This document shows, in pieces, positions 14,140 to 26,572 of a stretch of 64,000 nt of DNA. The stretch comes from Squalus acanthias (lineage: Eukaryota). Under the pieces are notes generated by a model, which searched no databases, had not been told where the DNA came from, and worked only from the letters and a program-made list of their open reading frames with translations. Both the position numbers and the translations under genes were made by a program. The DNA is taken from the NCBI GenBank assembly GCA_030390025.1, contig CM059432.1, positions 26,166,001 through 26,230,000 of the forward strand, written 5' to 3'. Position 1 is the stretch's first letter. Every line of letters starts with the position of its first letter.

Positions 14140-14821
14140 GGACCTGAATTTGCGGTCGGAAGCTTCCCACGGGCGGATAGCTCCGAAACGCAATAAAACT
14201 ACGCACCTACCTGATGGTCCTGGAGCCACAGAGACTCGCGCTCCTGGGCCTCTATGCATACGTAGAGTCCCACGTATCCCGGGGCGCATGCAGTTCGCAA
14301 GCGTCCCTGGGATCACGTGGGCTGGCCCAACCAATCAGAAAGGGGATTCCCATTATGCTTATGGGGATTCCATTTATGTACGGAATCCCATAAGCTTAAT
14401 AGGAATCACCCAAAAAATACATGTACATAACACTGAAATTTAAAAAAATAATTGCATGGTTAAAATTAATTAAAATACAATTTAATTGAACATTAAAACA
14501 AAAATTAAATTTTTTGAAAAATAAATTTAAACAAGGGGCCAAAAATAACCCAAACTTGTTTTACAGGTTTTTGAATGTTAAAATGATTTTTAAAATGTTA
14601 TTTTAATATTTATTTAAACCCTTACACTGGTAAAAGAATGCCTTATACCTGCTTTTACCAGGCGTAACAGTTTAATGGGCATTCGCTGGGCAGAAGTTGG
14701 GCAAACAGACCAACTCGCCGCCAGTGAATGTCCATTTCCCAGGGGAAACCCGGAACTTGCGGGGTACCTACGGCCGCGTACGCACCGCGTACGTGGTCAT
14801 GGGCCCTGAAAAATCCTGCCC
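14140..14821. mobile_element. Harbinger-type MITE
   Basis: TIRs ggacctgaattt / rc gggcaggatttt; TSD AAT/AAT. Left end is homologous to the right end of 25623-26325. Confidence 0.78.
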
Positions 14822-15063
14822 AATGGTTTGTGCACCACTGGGCCCATGGAAACGTTATATATGGAACGCAATGGTAAACAATAAATAGCATAGGCAATGA
14901 AATTATACAACTCTCTGGAGTTTTGCTCAAGCACTTTTGGGAGTCAGGAAGCAAGTCTAAAACAAAAACCTTCCCTCAGGAGATTAAGTAAATTGGTTAG
15001 AGTCCATGATGAGACAAATTACACATAGTTTGGTGAAGGAATGGTTCTGAAAGGTCAAATGGC

Positions 15064-15345
15064 AATGTTGATTGCGGGATAAATATTGGCCAGGAGACTG
15101 GGGAGAACCCTCCTGCTCTTCTTCGAAATAGTACCACAGGATCTTTTACATTCACCTGAGAGAGCAGATGGGACATCGGTTTAACGTCTGATCCAAAAGA
15201 CAGCACCTCAGGCAGTGCCGTACTCCCTCAGTACTGCACTGGAGTGTTAGTCTAGATTTTGTGCTCAAGTCTCAGGAGTGGAACTTAAACCCACAACCTT
15301 ATAACTCAAGAGGCGAGAGTGCTACCAACCTAGCCATGACTGACT
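15064..15345 (-). mobile_element. Deu-domain tRNA SINE
   Basis: tRNA-like head (rc ggctaggttggtagcactctcgcctc..gggtttaagttcc) plus Deu core. Confidence 0.85.
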
Positions 15346-16590
15346 GAAGCCTGTAAATTAAAGATACCCAAGGGACTTGCATCAGGTATCCTTATTTTCA
15401 AAATTGTGACTATATATACAGTAAACCAGATGAGCTAAATATTCCAGGATTGATTGTAGCTCCTGCAGCGTTCTCTTTTTATCTCTCTCACCTGGGATAG
15501 TGACTAATTTTGGAGCCCTGCCACAAGGATGTGAATTTAGTTTTATTTTTTGTTCGTTGGGTTTCCCAGTTCATTACCATCCTGGGGTTCTTTTCCATCG
15601 AGGGAGGGATGTCCTGATCCTGGGATCTGCTAGTTGGCAGCCTGCACAGGGCGAGGTGCCTGCTGTAGGGCCGGAGTGCCTGGGAGATCACAGCCAAATT
15701 GGCCCGGGGGGGGGTGGGTGGGTGAGAATTAATGTCCTGCAGACCCCTGTCCGGGACCCCCTCCCTCTATGAGCTGCAGCTACTAATGTTTGAAGTGCTG
15801 TGGGGTGGGTAGGGGGCTGTTAGCAGCTCATCAGTACTTGACGTACTGGTGGAGTGAGATGTGATCCTCTGGTCGCAGCTTTACTTTATCCTGCTCTCTC
15901 CAGCTGCACACATGATTTAGGTTGGGTTTTGAGTGCTCGGCTTGCGCATTGCGCCCGTTGCTCGCCACCTGACGAAAGCTTTCCTCCTGCGCGGCCACTT
16001 TCAGACTCTGCACCCGTGCTCCTCTGTTCTGCACTTAATACCGTTTTAAATTAGTAGGATCCCACGGTCTAACAGCCCTGTTTAAGAACCTTCCTCCTCC
16101 CTTGGTACTTCCACTTTACTGGCTGCACCTCTTTTAGTACTGCTCCTAACTCTGCAGAGAATGATAGTGCCCACCTATGTGCAGCACCCCCCTCACACTT
16201 AACACCCAATCTCCCAACTCCTAGTTCCCCTCTCTTCCCTTTCTCCTTCACTCCCCGAGACCCCAGTCTCCAGTCTCTTTCTCTTCCCACCTGATTTCAG
16301 AGACTCCCTCCAAATGCTGTGAGCCCCCTCCCACCCCGCGATTTCAGAGACCCATCCCTGAATGCTGAGACCGCACTGTAGCAGACCCCTCCTGAATGTC
16401 AGCACTCACGATTCCCGAGTCTCCAGCCCCCTCCCGACTGCGCTCCACATGGCTCTCTGGGGAGGGCAGGGTGTGTATACTGCGCAGAAAAATTTAATCC
16501 AATCATCAGCAGGTAAATAATCTAGAGGCAGCACCCTGGAGACCTGCGCCCCATTTCGCGAGAGTACAGTTCATTTTGGTGCAGTTCCCG

Positions 16591-16748
16591 GCTTTTGTGG
16601 ATGGGGAGTTCTTTACCCAGCATCCGTAGCAACAGAGAAACCCCTCTATCCCTGGGATAGAGCTGTGCAAGCATTCAATCCCATAGCTAGAGTGGTTTCT
16701 CTACACTATGGATGTTGGGTGAAGAAATCTCCATTACACAAAAAACGC
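16591..16748. repeat. ~158-bp imperfect palindrome (fold-back)
   Basis: Left arm ttttgtg..atggggagttctttacccagcatccgtag..agagaaacccctcta..tgggat aligns to rc of right arm ttttgtg..atggagatttcttcacccaacatccatag..agagaaaccactcta..tgggat. Confidence 0.9.
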
Positions 16749-17373
16749 TTTTTTCACCCGTTGCCACCTCACACTTACCTGCATGTCCAGTGTTTTCAGT
16801 TGCAAACAGACTTGGTGATTTGAAAGCTGTCCGTAGTTGGTAATTTGCGAGTATCCGTGGTTTCAAGGGGCACTTTGTATCTATTATAATGTAAGCTATT
16901 TAGGACTGTCAATGTGTCAGTTTTTGGGGGTCTGTTTGCACAGGTTTTACTGTACTTACTCATTAGAGTGAAAATAGGTTCACAAATGTATACATACAAA
17001 ACATTTTCATTCAAAAATTGCATATAAAGACTTCAGATAAAATAGTTAAATACATAAATCTTCTAAAGTACTATTCAAAAAGTCTTCCATATTTGTGTCA
17101 TTTTACAAAATGTTGTTACATTTGTTACAAAGCAATTTCCAGCTCACCCGTGAGCAGCGCAAGTTCAATATACACTTACTAGTCTACCGTGTTTGGTAGA
17201 CTGGAATTAAATCCTGTGGGTGTCTATGAATCACTCATAATAATCAGTATGATGTACGCCTCAGTAATTAGACAGAAACAGATTATTGGGCTATTTTCAA
17301 GGTTTCAGTAATCCCAAAGTCACTTACACAACACTTCAAATTTCAACTGTCTAGCCTTTGGCCTTCCATTCAC

Positions 17374-19000
17374 CAACTGTCTAGCCTTTGGCCTTCCATT
17401 CACCAAGACATTTCTGCAGCACACCAATATGCTCAATCACTCTATCACCTCTACCTTTAATGCCCGTGTCCCTATTAAAACCATTACGATCTCTCACCCT
17501 AGTCATTACCCCTGGTACGGCCCTCATCTCCGCTCCCTCAAGTCCAAGGGATGCAAACTTGAACATTTATGGTGGATGACTGGTTCAGCTATTCATTCAT
17601 CGCCAGATCTGGCTGGACCACAAAGCACTATTGGGTCCGGCTCTCCTCTGCTAAAACTGCTCACTATTCCAGGATGATTCTGGAATGCAAACATAACCGC
17701 GGCTTCACTTTTCCACTCCAAACTGTCTTCGTTAAGTCCTCTCCTCTACCCCCTCACCTCCAAGTGCAAAGAGCTTATGGACTTATCTGTCACTCAGTTT
17801 GAGACCATTCCATTCAGCTGCCTCTGCAACTTCCCTCCCATCCTCTAGCCCACCAAGTCAAACTTCCCCTAAGATTGCCCCCTGCCCGAGCCCAGAACTC
17901 ACATCTTTCTCTAGTTTCTCTCCTATCTCCACTCATTCCCTCTTCGAGCTCATCTCGTCCATGAGACCCACCTCCTGCTCCTCCCTTGACCCTAATTCCC
18001 ACCAAACTGCTGACCACCCAAAACTTCCCTTCCTGACCTCCATGTTAGCTGATAGTGCTAATGGTTCCCTCTCCTCAGGTACTGTCCCTATCCTCTTAAA
18101 ATCTGCTGTCATCACCCCCACTTCTCCAAAAACCCACCCTTGACCCCCTCTATCCTTGCAAACTACCGTCCCATCTCCAGCTTCCCTTTCCTCTCCAAAG
18201 TACTTGACTGCGTTATCGCCTCCCAAATCCATACCCATCTTTCCCACAACTCCATGTTTGAACCCCGTCAATCAGGTTTTCACCCATGCCACAGCAGTGA
18301 AACGGCCTTAATCAAAGTCACAAATAACATCCTGTGACTGTGACCATGGTAAACTATCCCTCCTCGTCCTTCTTGAGCCGTCTGCAGCCCTTGACACGGT
18401 GGACCACACAATCCTCCTCCAATGCCTCTCCTTCGTCATCCAGCTGAGTGGGACTGCCCTTGCCTGGTTCCATTCCTATCTATCCAGTCGTAGCCAAAAA
18501 ATCACCTGCAATGGTTTCTCTTCCCGCTCCTGCACCATTACCTCTGGTGTCCCCCAAGTTCTATCCTTGGCCCCCTCCTATTTCTCATCTACATGCTGCC
18601 ACTTGGTGACATCATCTGAAAACACAGCATCAGTTTCCACATGTACACTGATGACACCCAGGTCTACCTCACCACCACCTCTCTCGACCCCTCCACTGCC
18701 TCTGATTTGTCACGCTGCTTGTCCAATATCCAGTACTGGATGAGCAGAAATTTTGTCCAACTAAGTATTAGGTTCTCGCCACAAACCGTTCCCTAGCCAC
18801 CAACTCTATTCCTCTCCCTGGCCACGGTCGGAGGCTGAACCAGATTATTCACAACCTTGCTGTCCTATTTGACCCTGTAGACTTCAATATTCCAATGGTC
18901 TCCTGGCCGGCCTCGCATCTTCTACCCTCCATTAACTTGAGCTCATCTAAAACTCTGTTGCCCATATCCTAACTCGCACCAAATTCCGTTCCTCCATCAC
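17374..19000 (+). mobile_element. L2 LINE ORF2 (reverse transcriptase) fragment
   Basis: DPSILANYRPISSFPFLSKVL..QSGF..HSSETALIKVTNNIL and ITSGVPQ motifs, frameshifted. Confidence 0.9.
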
Positions 19001-22000
19001 CATGAGAAGTAGCAGAGGCGGAAGTCAATACCAGGAGTGTTGCTCCAAGAACATGGATGCAGTGCACGAAGAAGATTAACGATCTCACACGAGTTGTCGT
19101 GTGGCATATCCTACCAACTGCACCACTAGCCTCATCCACTACACCCGCATTACCCATCTACCAACAATCTCTATCAACCAGCACTCAACCCTAAGATACA
19201 TATGCTTTAGCTCACCCTCACACACTTAGCACCATTGCAAGCCTCACACTTACAACTCACACACACTGGCAGCTATTCAACCATGACAGCCACATCACCC
19301 AAACATATTGCAGGACACTCACTGACACGTCCTTCTTTCTTGCAGGAGAAGGTGGCGCATAACAGCAGGCTGCTGCAAAGAACTGGAGGAGGACAAGCGT
19401 GCCTACATGTTTTAACCCCCATGGAGGAGACAGTGCTGGCCATCATGGGAAGGGGCATCACTTCATGACTGAGATGCTGCAGAGGGTGTAAGCACGCACT
19501 TCTCAGTTTCTCCTCTCCTCTCATCACAATCCAACCTTTGTCCCCTTTTCATTTCAGATACCCAAGAACGAGAACCTGCCCAGTGAGCACTGGTGGGGCT
19601 GAAGCGATTGATGGTGAGAGTATCAGCACACCCGATCCTCCTTCTCTCATCCCGCTTCACCCTCACCCCTCAATCTCTTCTGACCGAGAAGCTGCAGAGG
19701 GTGTAAGCACGCACTTCTTACTTTCTCCTCTCCCCTCACCACAACCCAACCTTTGTCCCCTTTTCATTTCAGATACTCAAGAACTATAACCTTACCAGTC
19801 AGTGGAAGAAGAAAGTGAAGATGAACGGACACCGTCACTCGATCTTAGTCGCAGCCACCAGCTCTGATACTGACACTGCTTGTATTTTAAAGGCTAGGAT
19901 AGAGAAGGGACTTGCACGTGGTGAGTCACTGGCCACAAGTGCGCAGAAGCCAGGGTGGGGGAAAAATTATAGCACTGGTGCCAGCACCAACTTGGCATAG
20001 GGCTTTCTGCCTAGCTTGGAGCCCATCCTTTCCAACATGGAAGGTGTGGTCACGTCCATCAACACACCTGTAGAACCCACCATGATGCAGTGTCTGATGG
20101 CCGATGTCACAGCTTCCATTGCAGCACAAGCAGCTTCCATCAAAGCTCTAAGTGCTGCAGTGGAAGCTCAGACTGCTGCCCTCGTGGGTCTGGATACCAC
20201 TGTTTTTTTTAATTTGTTTATGGGATGTGGGCGTCACTGGCAAGGCCAGCATTTATTGCCCATCCCGAATTGGTGGTGGTGAGCCGCCTTCTTGAACCGC
20301 TGCAGTCTGTGTGGTGAAGGTACTCCCATAGTGCTGTTAGGTAGGGAGTTCCAGGATTTTGACCCAGCGATATAATTCCAAGTCAGGATGGTGTGTGACT
20401 TTGAGGGGAACTTTGAGGTGGTGGTGTTCCCATGCGCCTGCTGCCCTTGTTCTTCTAGGTGGAAGAGGTCGCGGGTTTGGGAGGTGCTGCCGAAGAAGCC
20501 TTGGCGAGTTGCTGCAGTGCATCTTGTGGATGGTACACACTGCAGCCACGGTACGCCGGTGGTGGAGGGAGTGAATGTTTAAGGTGGTGGATGGGGTGCC
20601 AATCAAGCGGGCTGCTTTATCCTGGATGGTGTCAAGTTTCGAGTGTTGTTGGAGCTGCACTCATCCAGGCAAGTGGTGAGTTTTCCATCACACTCCTGAC
20701 TTGTGCCTTGTAGATGGTGGAAAGGCTTTGGGGAGTCAGGAGGTGAGACACTCGCCGCAGAATACCTAGCCTCTGACCTGCTCTTGTTGCCACAGTATTT
20801 ATCTGGCTGGCCCAGTTAAGTTTCTGGTCAATGGTGACCCCCAGGATGTTGATGGTGGGGGATTCGGCGATGGTAATGCTGTTGAATGTCAAGAGGCGGT
20901 GGCTAGACTCTCGCTTGTTGGAGATAGTCATTGCCTGGCACTTCTGTGGCGCAAATGTTACCTGCCACTCATCAGCCCAAGCCTGAACATCGTCCAGGTC
21001 TTGCTGCATGCGGGCATGGACTGCACCATTATCTGAGGAGTTGTGAATGGCACTGAACACTGTGCAGTCATCAGCGAACATCCCCATTTCTGACCTTATG
21101 TTGGAGGGAAGGTCATTGATGAAGCAGCTGAAGATGGTTGGGCCTAGGACACTGCCCTGAGGAACTCCTGCAGTGATGTCCTGGGGCTGTGATGATTGGC
21201 CTTCAACCACCTTCCTTTGTGCTAGGTATGACTCCAGCCAGTGGAGAGTTTTCGCCCCGATTCCCATTGACTTCAGTTTTACTAGGACTCCTTGATGCCA
21301 CACTCCGTCAAATGCTGCCTTGATGTCAAGGGCAGTCACTCTCACCTCACCTCAGGAATTTAGCTCCTTTGTCCATGTTTGGACCAAGGCTGTAATGAGG
21401 TTGGGAGCAGAGTGGTCCTGGCGGAACCCAAACTGGGCATCAGTGAGCAGATTATTGGTGAGTAAGTGCCGCTTGATAGCACTTTGCTGATGATTGAGAG
21501 TAGACTGATGGGGCGGTAATTGGCCGGATTGGATTTGTCCTGCTTTTTGTGGACAGGAGATACCTGGGCCATTTTCCACATTGTCGGATAGATGCCAGTG
21601 TTGTAGCTGTACTGGAACAGCTTGGCTAGAGTCACGGCTAGTTTTGGAGCACAAGTCTTCAGCACGATAGCTGGGATGTTGTCAGGGCCCATAGCCTTTG
21701 CTGTATCTAGTGCGCTCAGCCATTTCTTGATATCACGTGGAGTGAATCGAATTGGCTGAAGACTGGCTTCTGTGATGGTGGGGACCTCAGGAGGAGGCCG
21801 ATATGGATCATCCACTCGGCACTTATGGCTGAAGATGGTTGCAAACGCTTCAGCCTTGTCTTTTGCACTCACGTGCTGGGCTCCACCATCATTGAGGATG
21901 GCGATATTCATGGAGCCTCCTCCTCCCCCCATTAGTTGTTTAATGGTCCACCACCATTCACGACTGGATGTGGCAGGACTGCAGTACTTTGATCTGATCC

Positions 22001-22892
22001 GTTGATTGTGGGATCGCTTAGCCCTGTCTATAGCATGCTGCTTCTGCTTTTTAGCATGCATGTAGTCCAGTGTTGCAGCTTGCCCAGGTTGGCACCTCAT
22101 TTTTTTATTTTATTTTTTTTTTTTTTTAGGTACTCCTGGTGCTGCTCCTGGCTTGCTCTTCTACACTCCTTATTGAACCAGGGTTGGTCCCCTGGCTTGG
22201 TGGTAATGGTAGAGTGAGGGATATGCCGGGCCATGAGGTTACCGATTGTGGTGGAATACAATTCTGCTGCTGCTGATGGCTCACAGCACCTCATGCATGC
22301 ACAGTTTATACCTGCTAGATCTGTTCTGAATCTATCCCATTTAGCATGGTGGTAGTGCCACACAACACAACACGATGGAGGGTGCCCTCAGTGTGAAGAC
22401 GGGACTTCGTCTCTGGATCATTTTCCAGGCCTCTGGATTACTAGCCCAGTGACATTACCACTATGCTACCATTCCCATTGTTCAAAGGGGCTTCCAGGGC
22501 TCACAAGAGTCCAACAATCTGTTCTCCAACAGAGCAGTACGACTGCTGAGGCGCTGCCCCAGGAGAGTGGCACTGGCTGCATGGAGCATGAACTTGCTGT
22601 CCTCTCTCCTGCACCCACCCCCACCAGTCCATTAGTGCCCTTGCTGTTGCCTGTCAGCCAGCCAGCCCAGACTACTGCAGCCCAGGCCGCAATGGTGCAG
22701 TCTGAAGTCGGGCGTTCTCGGCCCAGAGCTGCTTGCGGTTACCCTCCAAGGCCATCTGCAGTCTCCTCAATTGGAGGTCAGCAGACTTCTACCACCCATG
22801 CTGCAGCCACTGGGGCAGCACCTCGTAGAAGCACTAGGAGAGGCAAAGGCACACAGAAGATAGACACTAAGGTAATGCACAAGGGTGATTAG
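19001..22892 (+). pseudogene. Harbinger Myb/SANT-like DNA-binding protein, disrupted
   Basis: ..RTWMQCTKKINDL, then cag|EKVAHNSRLLQRTGGG at 19346, and C-terminal AATGAAPRRSTR. Homologous to 39544-41486. Confidence 0.8.
20205..22476 (-). mobile_element. CR1-group LINE (family B), 5'-truncated and capped by a tRNA-SINE head
   Basis: RT motifs ALDIKAAFDGVWH, GVPQGSVLGP, MFADD; poly-A tail; SINE head 22409-22476; TSD actgtt/attgtt. Confidence 0.88.
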
Positions 22893-23076
22893 ATTATTTT
22901 TGTATGCATTACATCATGACTGAATTTATAAATTTGGAATGTGCATTTTCTGGTGGGTTTTATTCTTGTGTTGTCAGAAAGAGGATGATATGATGGTCAG
23001 TGATGTGATGGTCAGAGGAAAGGTAAGGAGTGTGGGACTGTTCATCAATGGGGAGATGTGGTTGAGGTTACTGGTA

Positions 23077-24198
23077 TCACTCATTAATTATCTCATCACG
23101 TAGAGCCCGGGCAGAAAGGGGCTGTCTACGTTGAAGCCTCCCTTCCTCTTCCTGTTCCTCTGCTTCCTCCTCCATCTCAGCTTGACTGGTAGGTAGTGGC
23201 AAGGGCTGTTCCCTCATAATGGCCAGTTTATGCAGAATGCAGCATACTACCACAAATCGTGTTAGCCGCTCAGCTGAGTACTGCAGCTCTCCTCCAGAGC
23301 GGTCCAGGCAGCGGAAGCATTGCTTGAGGACACCGATGGTGTGCTCTATAATATTCCTTGTGGCAGCATGGCTCTCATTGTAGGCCTGCTGTGCATGTAT
23401 GCGTGGGTTCCAGATTGGAGTCATGAGCCAAGTCTTCAGTGGATAACCCTTGTCGTCCAGAAGCCAGCCTTCGACTTGCTGTGGTGGGTCAAATACAGCT
23501 GGCACAGAGGACTGCCACAGAATCAAGGAATCGTGTCTACTGCCAAGACAACGGGCATTCACCTGCATGATGTGCTGCCTGTGGTCATACACAAGCTGCA
23601 CATTGAGGGAGTGGTATCCCTTTCGGTTCATGAAAATGGCCGAGCTCACGAGGTGCACGCAAGGCAATGTGCGTGCAATCAATGGCACCCTGCACCATGG
23701 GGATGCCTGCAATCTGTGCAAACCCTCGTGCTCTCTCCGCTGCTTGTCTCTGGCAAGAGGGAATGAGATGAAGCCGTCTATCTTTGTATATAGAGTCTCA
23801 GTGACCTCCCTTATGCAGCAGTGGACTGGAAACTGCGAGATGTTGCTTATATCTCCAGCAGCAGCCTGGAAAGAGCCAGATTCATAAACGTTAAGCCACA
23901 GTCACCTTGACAGCCACAGGCAAAGCGATCCTTGCCCTGCTTTGAGGTTGCAGTTGCGACTGCAGCAGTTGGCAGATTTCAGTCATGACCTCTTTAGTGA
24001 AGCAAAGACGTCTCAAGCATTGGTCGTTGCTGAAGTTTAGGTAAGAGAATTGCTCCAAGACCCTCGGTGGATATGGCCTCCTGCGGAGAGCCCTTCTTCC
24101 CCCCTCCCTCTTCTAGCAGCTTGCCCTGCTCTGCGCGGCCTCTGTTCATTCTCCCAGTCATGCTCAATTACCAGAGGAAGGCCTACCAGGCCACCCAT
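23077..24198 (-). pseudogene. Harbinger (HARBI1-like, DDE_Tnp_4) transposase, frameshifted
   Basis: [60 protein letters not shown] motifs. Confidence 0.9.
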
Positions 24199-25432
24199 GT
24201 CTGGAACCAACTGGTTTCAGCACAAGCTTTTAAATCAGCAAACAAGTACTTCAGCACCAGACAGACCACTCTCTGTAGACTACTGAAACTATAGGAAAGC
24301 TCCAAAAAAGCGTGAAATTGCACCAGCAGCCAGAAGAAATAATGCAATAACTAACCTGCAAGTAGTCTATGATCCCTTTAAGTAGCGCTGGTGGGGGGTC
24401 CTTCATGCCGTTTATCGTCCTGTTCAGCTGTGCTGGGTTAAGACAGAGCATAGGCTGGAGCGTGGCGTTCGAAAACAGCACCGCTGGCGTCAAATCAGCA
24501 TTGCACACTGACTGACATCATAATGTGCCTGCTCTGCACGCTGCCAATATTCGTTAGGTGCACGTGCGCAAACCCTTTAACCAAAATGGCGTCCGGTGCA
24601 CTTCCCGTCAGAAGTGTGCGTACGCATCTCGGATGCTATTTTCGGCCTTTAGGAGGTTGTGTAGCGCCTAAAAAAAACAGGCGCTACAAAGCCCAATGTC
24701 TCCCCCGTCAAATTTACGAAAGCACGAAGTAGATATTAGGCCCTCCACGCAGATAGTTTAAATTCTACCTAGACATTAAATGAATCATCACCACAAATCT
24801 GCCTTTGACGCCCAAAGTTTGTTCCATCTGGTTTGCAACTGTTCAAAGCAGCCATCCAGCTGACTAAAAGCAGTTTGTATGACATCTGACCAGATTACTG
24901 ATGAAGATTCTTCATGTGTATCTTTATAGGCAACATGGATGTAATTTCTACTTCATTATGAAAATTAAATGTGATTATTAGTGTTATTCTTCAATAGCAG
25001 AGATTTACGCTGTCATGGCGGACAACTTAAAGATGATATAGCGAGCTAATTTTTCTTCAAAGTCGCTTGAAAATATGAAGGTATAAGGCCAAAGCCAAAC
25101 TAGTACTTAATTTTCATATTCAGAAAACAATGCAGACAATCCATTAAGACTATTGAATCGTATCTAGCTTACCCAATAGGAGATTGAATTCATGTCAACC
25201 CCATGTAACTGCAAGGGAACACAAGAGCATTTGGATATCAAAAGACCCTCAAAATCTAGTGTATGCTTTTACCCAGATTTCATCATTTTAACAAAGGTGA
25301 AACTTAACTATCAAAAGTGTTGAATATTGAAGGTATTTCGACCCTCTCAGGGAGAACAGCACAGTGAACTACCCACAATATATACAAACCTGGTTCCACA
25401 AAATTAACAACCCTGACACAAATTAGGATTTG

Positions 25433-26572
25433 TTTTAATTTATTATCAGGGTGTGGATGTCTTTGACAAGGTCGGCATTTATTGCCCATCCCTAGTTGCC
25501 CTGAGGTTGTCGTGGGGCGCCTTCTTGGACCACGGTTCTGTGTGGTGAAGGAATTCTTTGTAGCAATTTTAATACAATTGAGTAGCTTGCTAGGCCACTT
25601 CAGAGGGTAGTTGCAAGTCAACGGCCCGAATTTTGCAGTGGGTATGGCGGCGTACTCTCCTTTGAAATCCACCGCAAGTTCGGATTTCCGCATGCACTTG
25701 CACATGCACGAAATCCAGAACATGTGGTCTGTCAACGTACGCGTTGACAGGCCATCTGCACGGCCCATGAAAAAGCAATTGCTGGCACAGAGTTAGGCTA
25801 TTTGCCTCCCGACTGGCCAGCAATTGCATATGGAAACGTTACAGTTGATGCAAACAGGCACAGGCAGTTTTAAACATTTTCATCTCTGAAATCATACACA
25901 TACACTGTATCAAATGAGTTTTTCAATGTTTCTGCAAATATAAGAGTTTTAATGATGTCGAAAATTATCCAAAAATTTAATTTTTAGTGAAGTTGGTGGA
26001 ATGAAGCGAATTAGGAATTAAATTCCAATCCTGTAAATTGTAATTAAATCTGATTTTTGGATTCCATTAAATCTGATTACAGGATTCCCTTCGGAAATGA
26101 TTAAAATCGAATTCTGTTTTGTGATGGGAGGACCAGGCCCACGTGATCCCAGGTACGCTTCTGCACAAGCTGCGTCCCTGGAATCCGTGGGTCATTATGC
26201 TGCCCTCCGCCTCGCAGCTTCAGATCGCAAGTTTTCGCAAGAGGGCCGCCATCAGGTAAGTACGTATTCCTTTCGCAGGCCGCAGGTGTATTCCGGAGGT
26301 ACGCCTCCGACCGCAATTTTGGCCCAACCAAGCTGATGTAGGACTGGGGTTATATATAGGCCACACTGGGTAAGGACAGCTTGTTTTCTTCCCTAAATAA
26401 CTTTTGTGAACCAATTGGGTTTTTACGACAATCCAATAGCTTTGTGGTCACTTTTATCAGCTTTTTGCTTCCAGGTTTCTTTTGAAACAAAATTCAAATT
26501 CTCAAACTGCCATGATGGGATTTGAGCTCATGTTTGCGGGATTATTAGTCCAGTGGCATAACCACTACACTA
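25433..26572 (-). mobile_element. tRNA-derived SINE sharing its 3' tail with family-B LINE (interrupted by a MITE)
   Basis: Tail gcatttattgcccatcccta.ttgccct matches the LINE-B 3' end; tRNA-like head at 26510-26572. Confidence 0.75.
25623..26325. mobile_element. Harbinger-type MITE
   Basis: TIRs ggcccgaattttgcagt / rc gggccaaaattgcggt; TSD AAC/AAC. Confidence 0.8.

Larger units (their letters stand above)
19001..24706. mobile_element. PIF/Harbinger transposon (left end lost), convergent Myb-like and transposase genes
   Basis: Right TIR rc gggggagacattggg ends at 24706. Myb/SANT exons on +, HARBI1-like transposase on -. Interrupted by a LINE. Confidence 0.85.

Noticed and set aside
17344..17403. 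Perfect 30-bp tandem repeat as a CRISPR-like array
   Set aside because: Two adjacent copies with no spacer at an L2 5' junction in eukaryotic DNA; a simple duplication.
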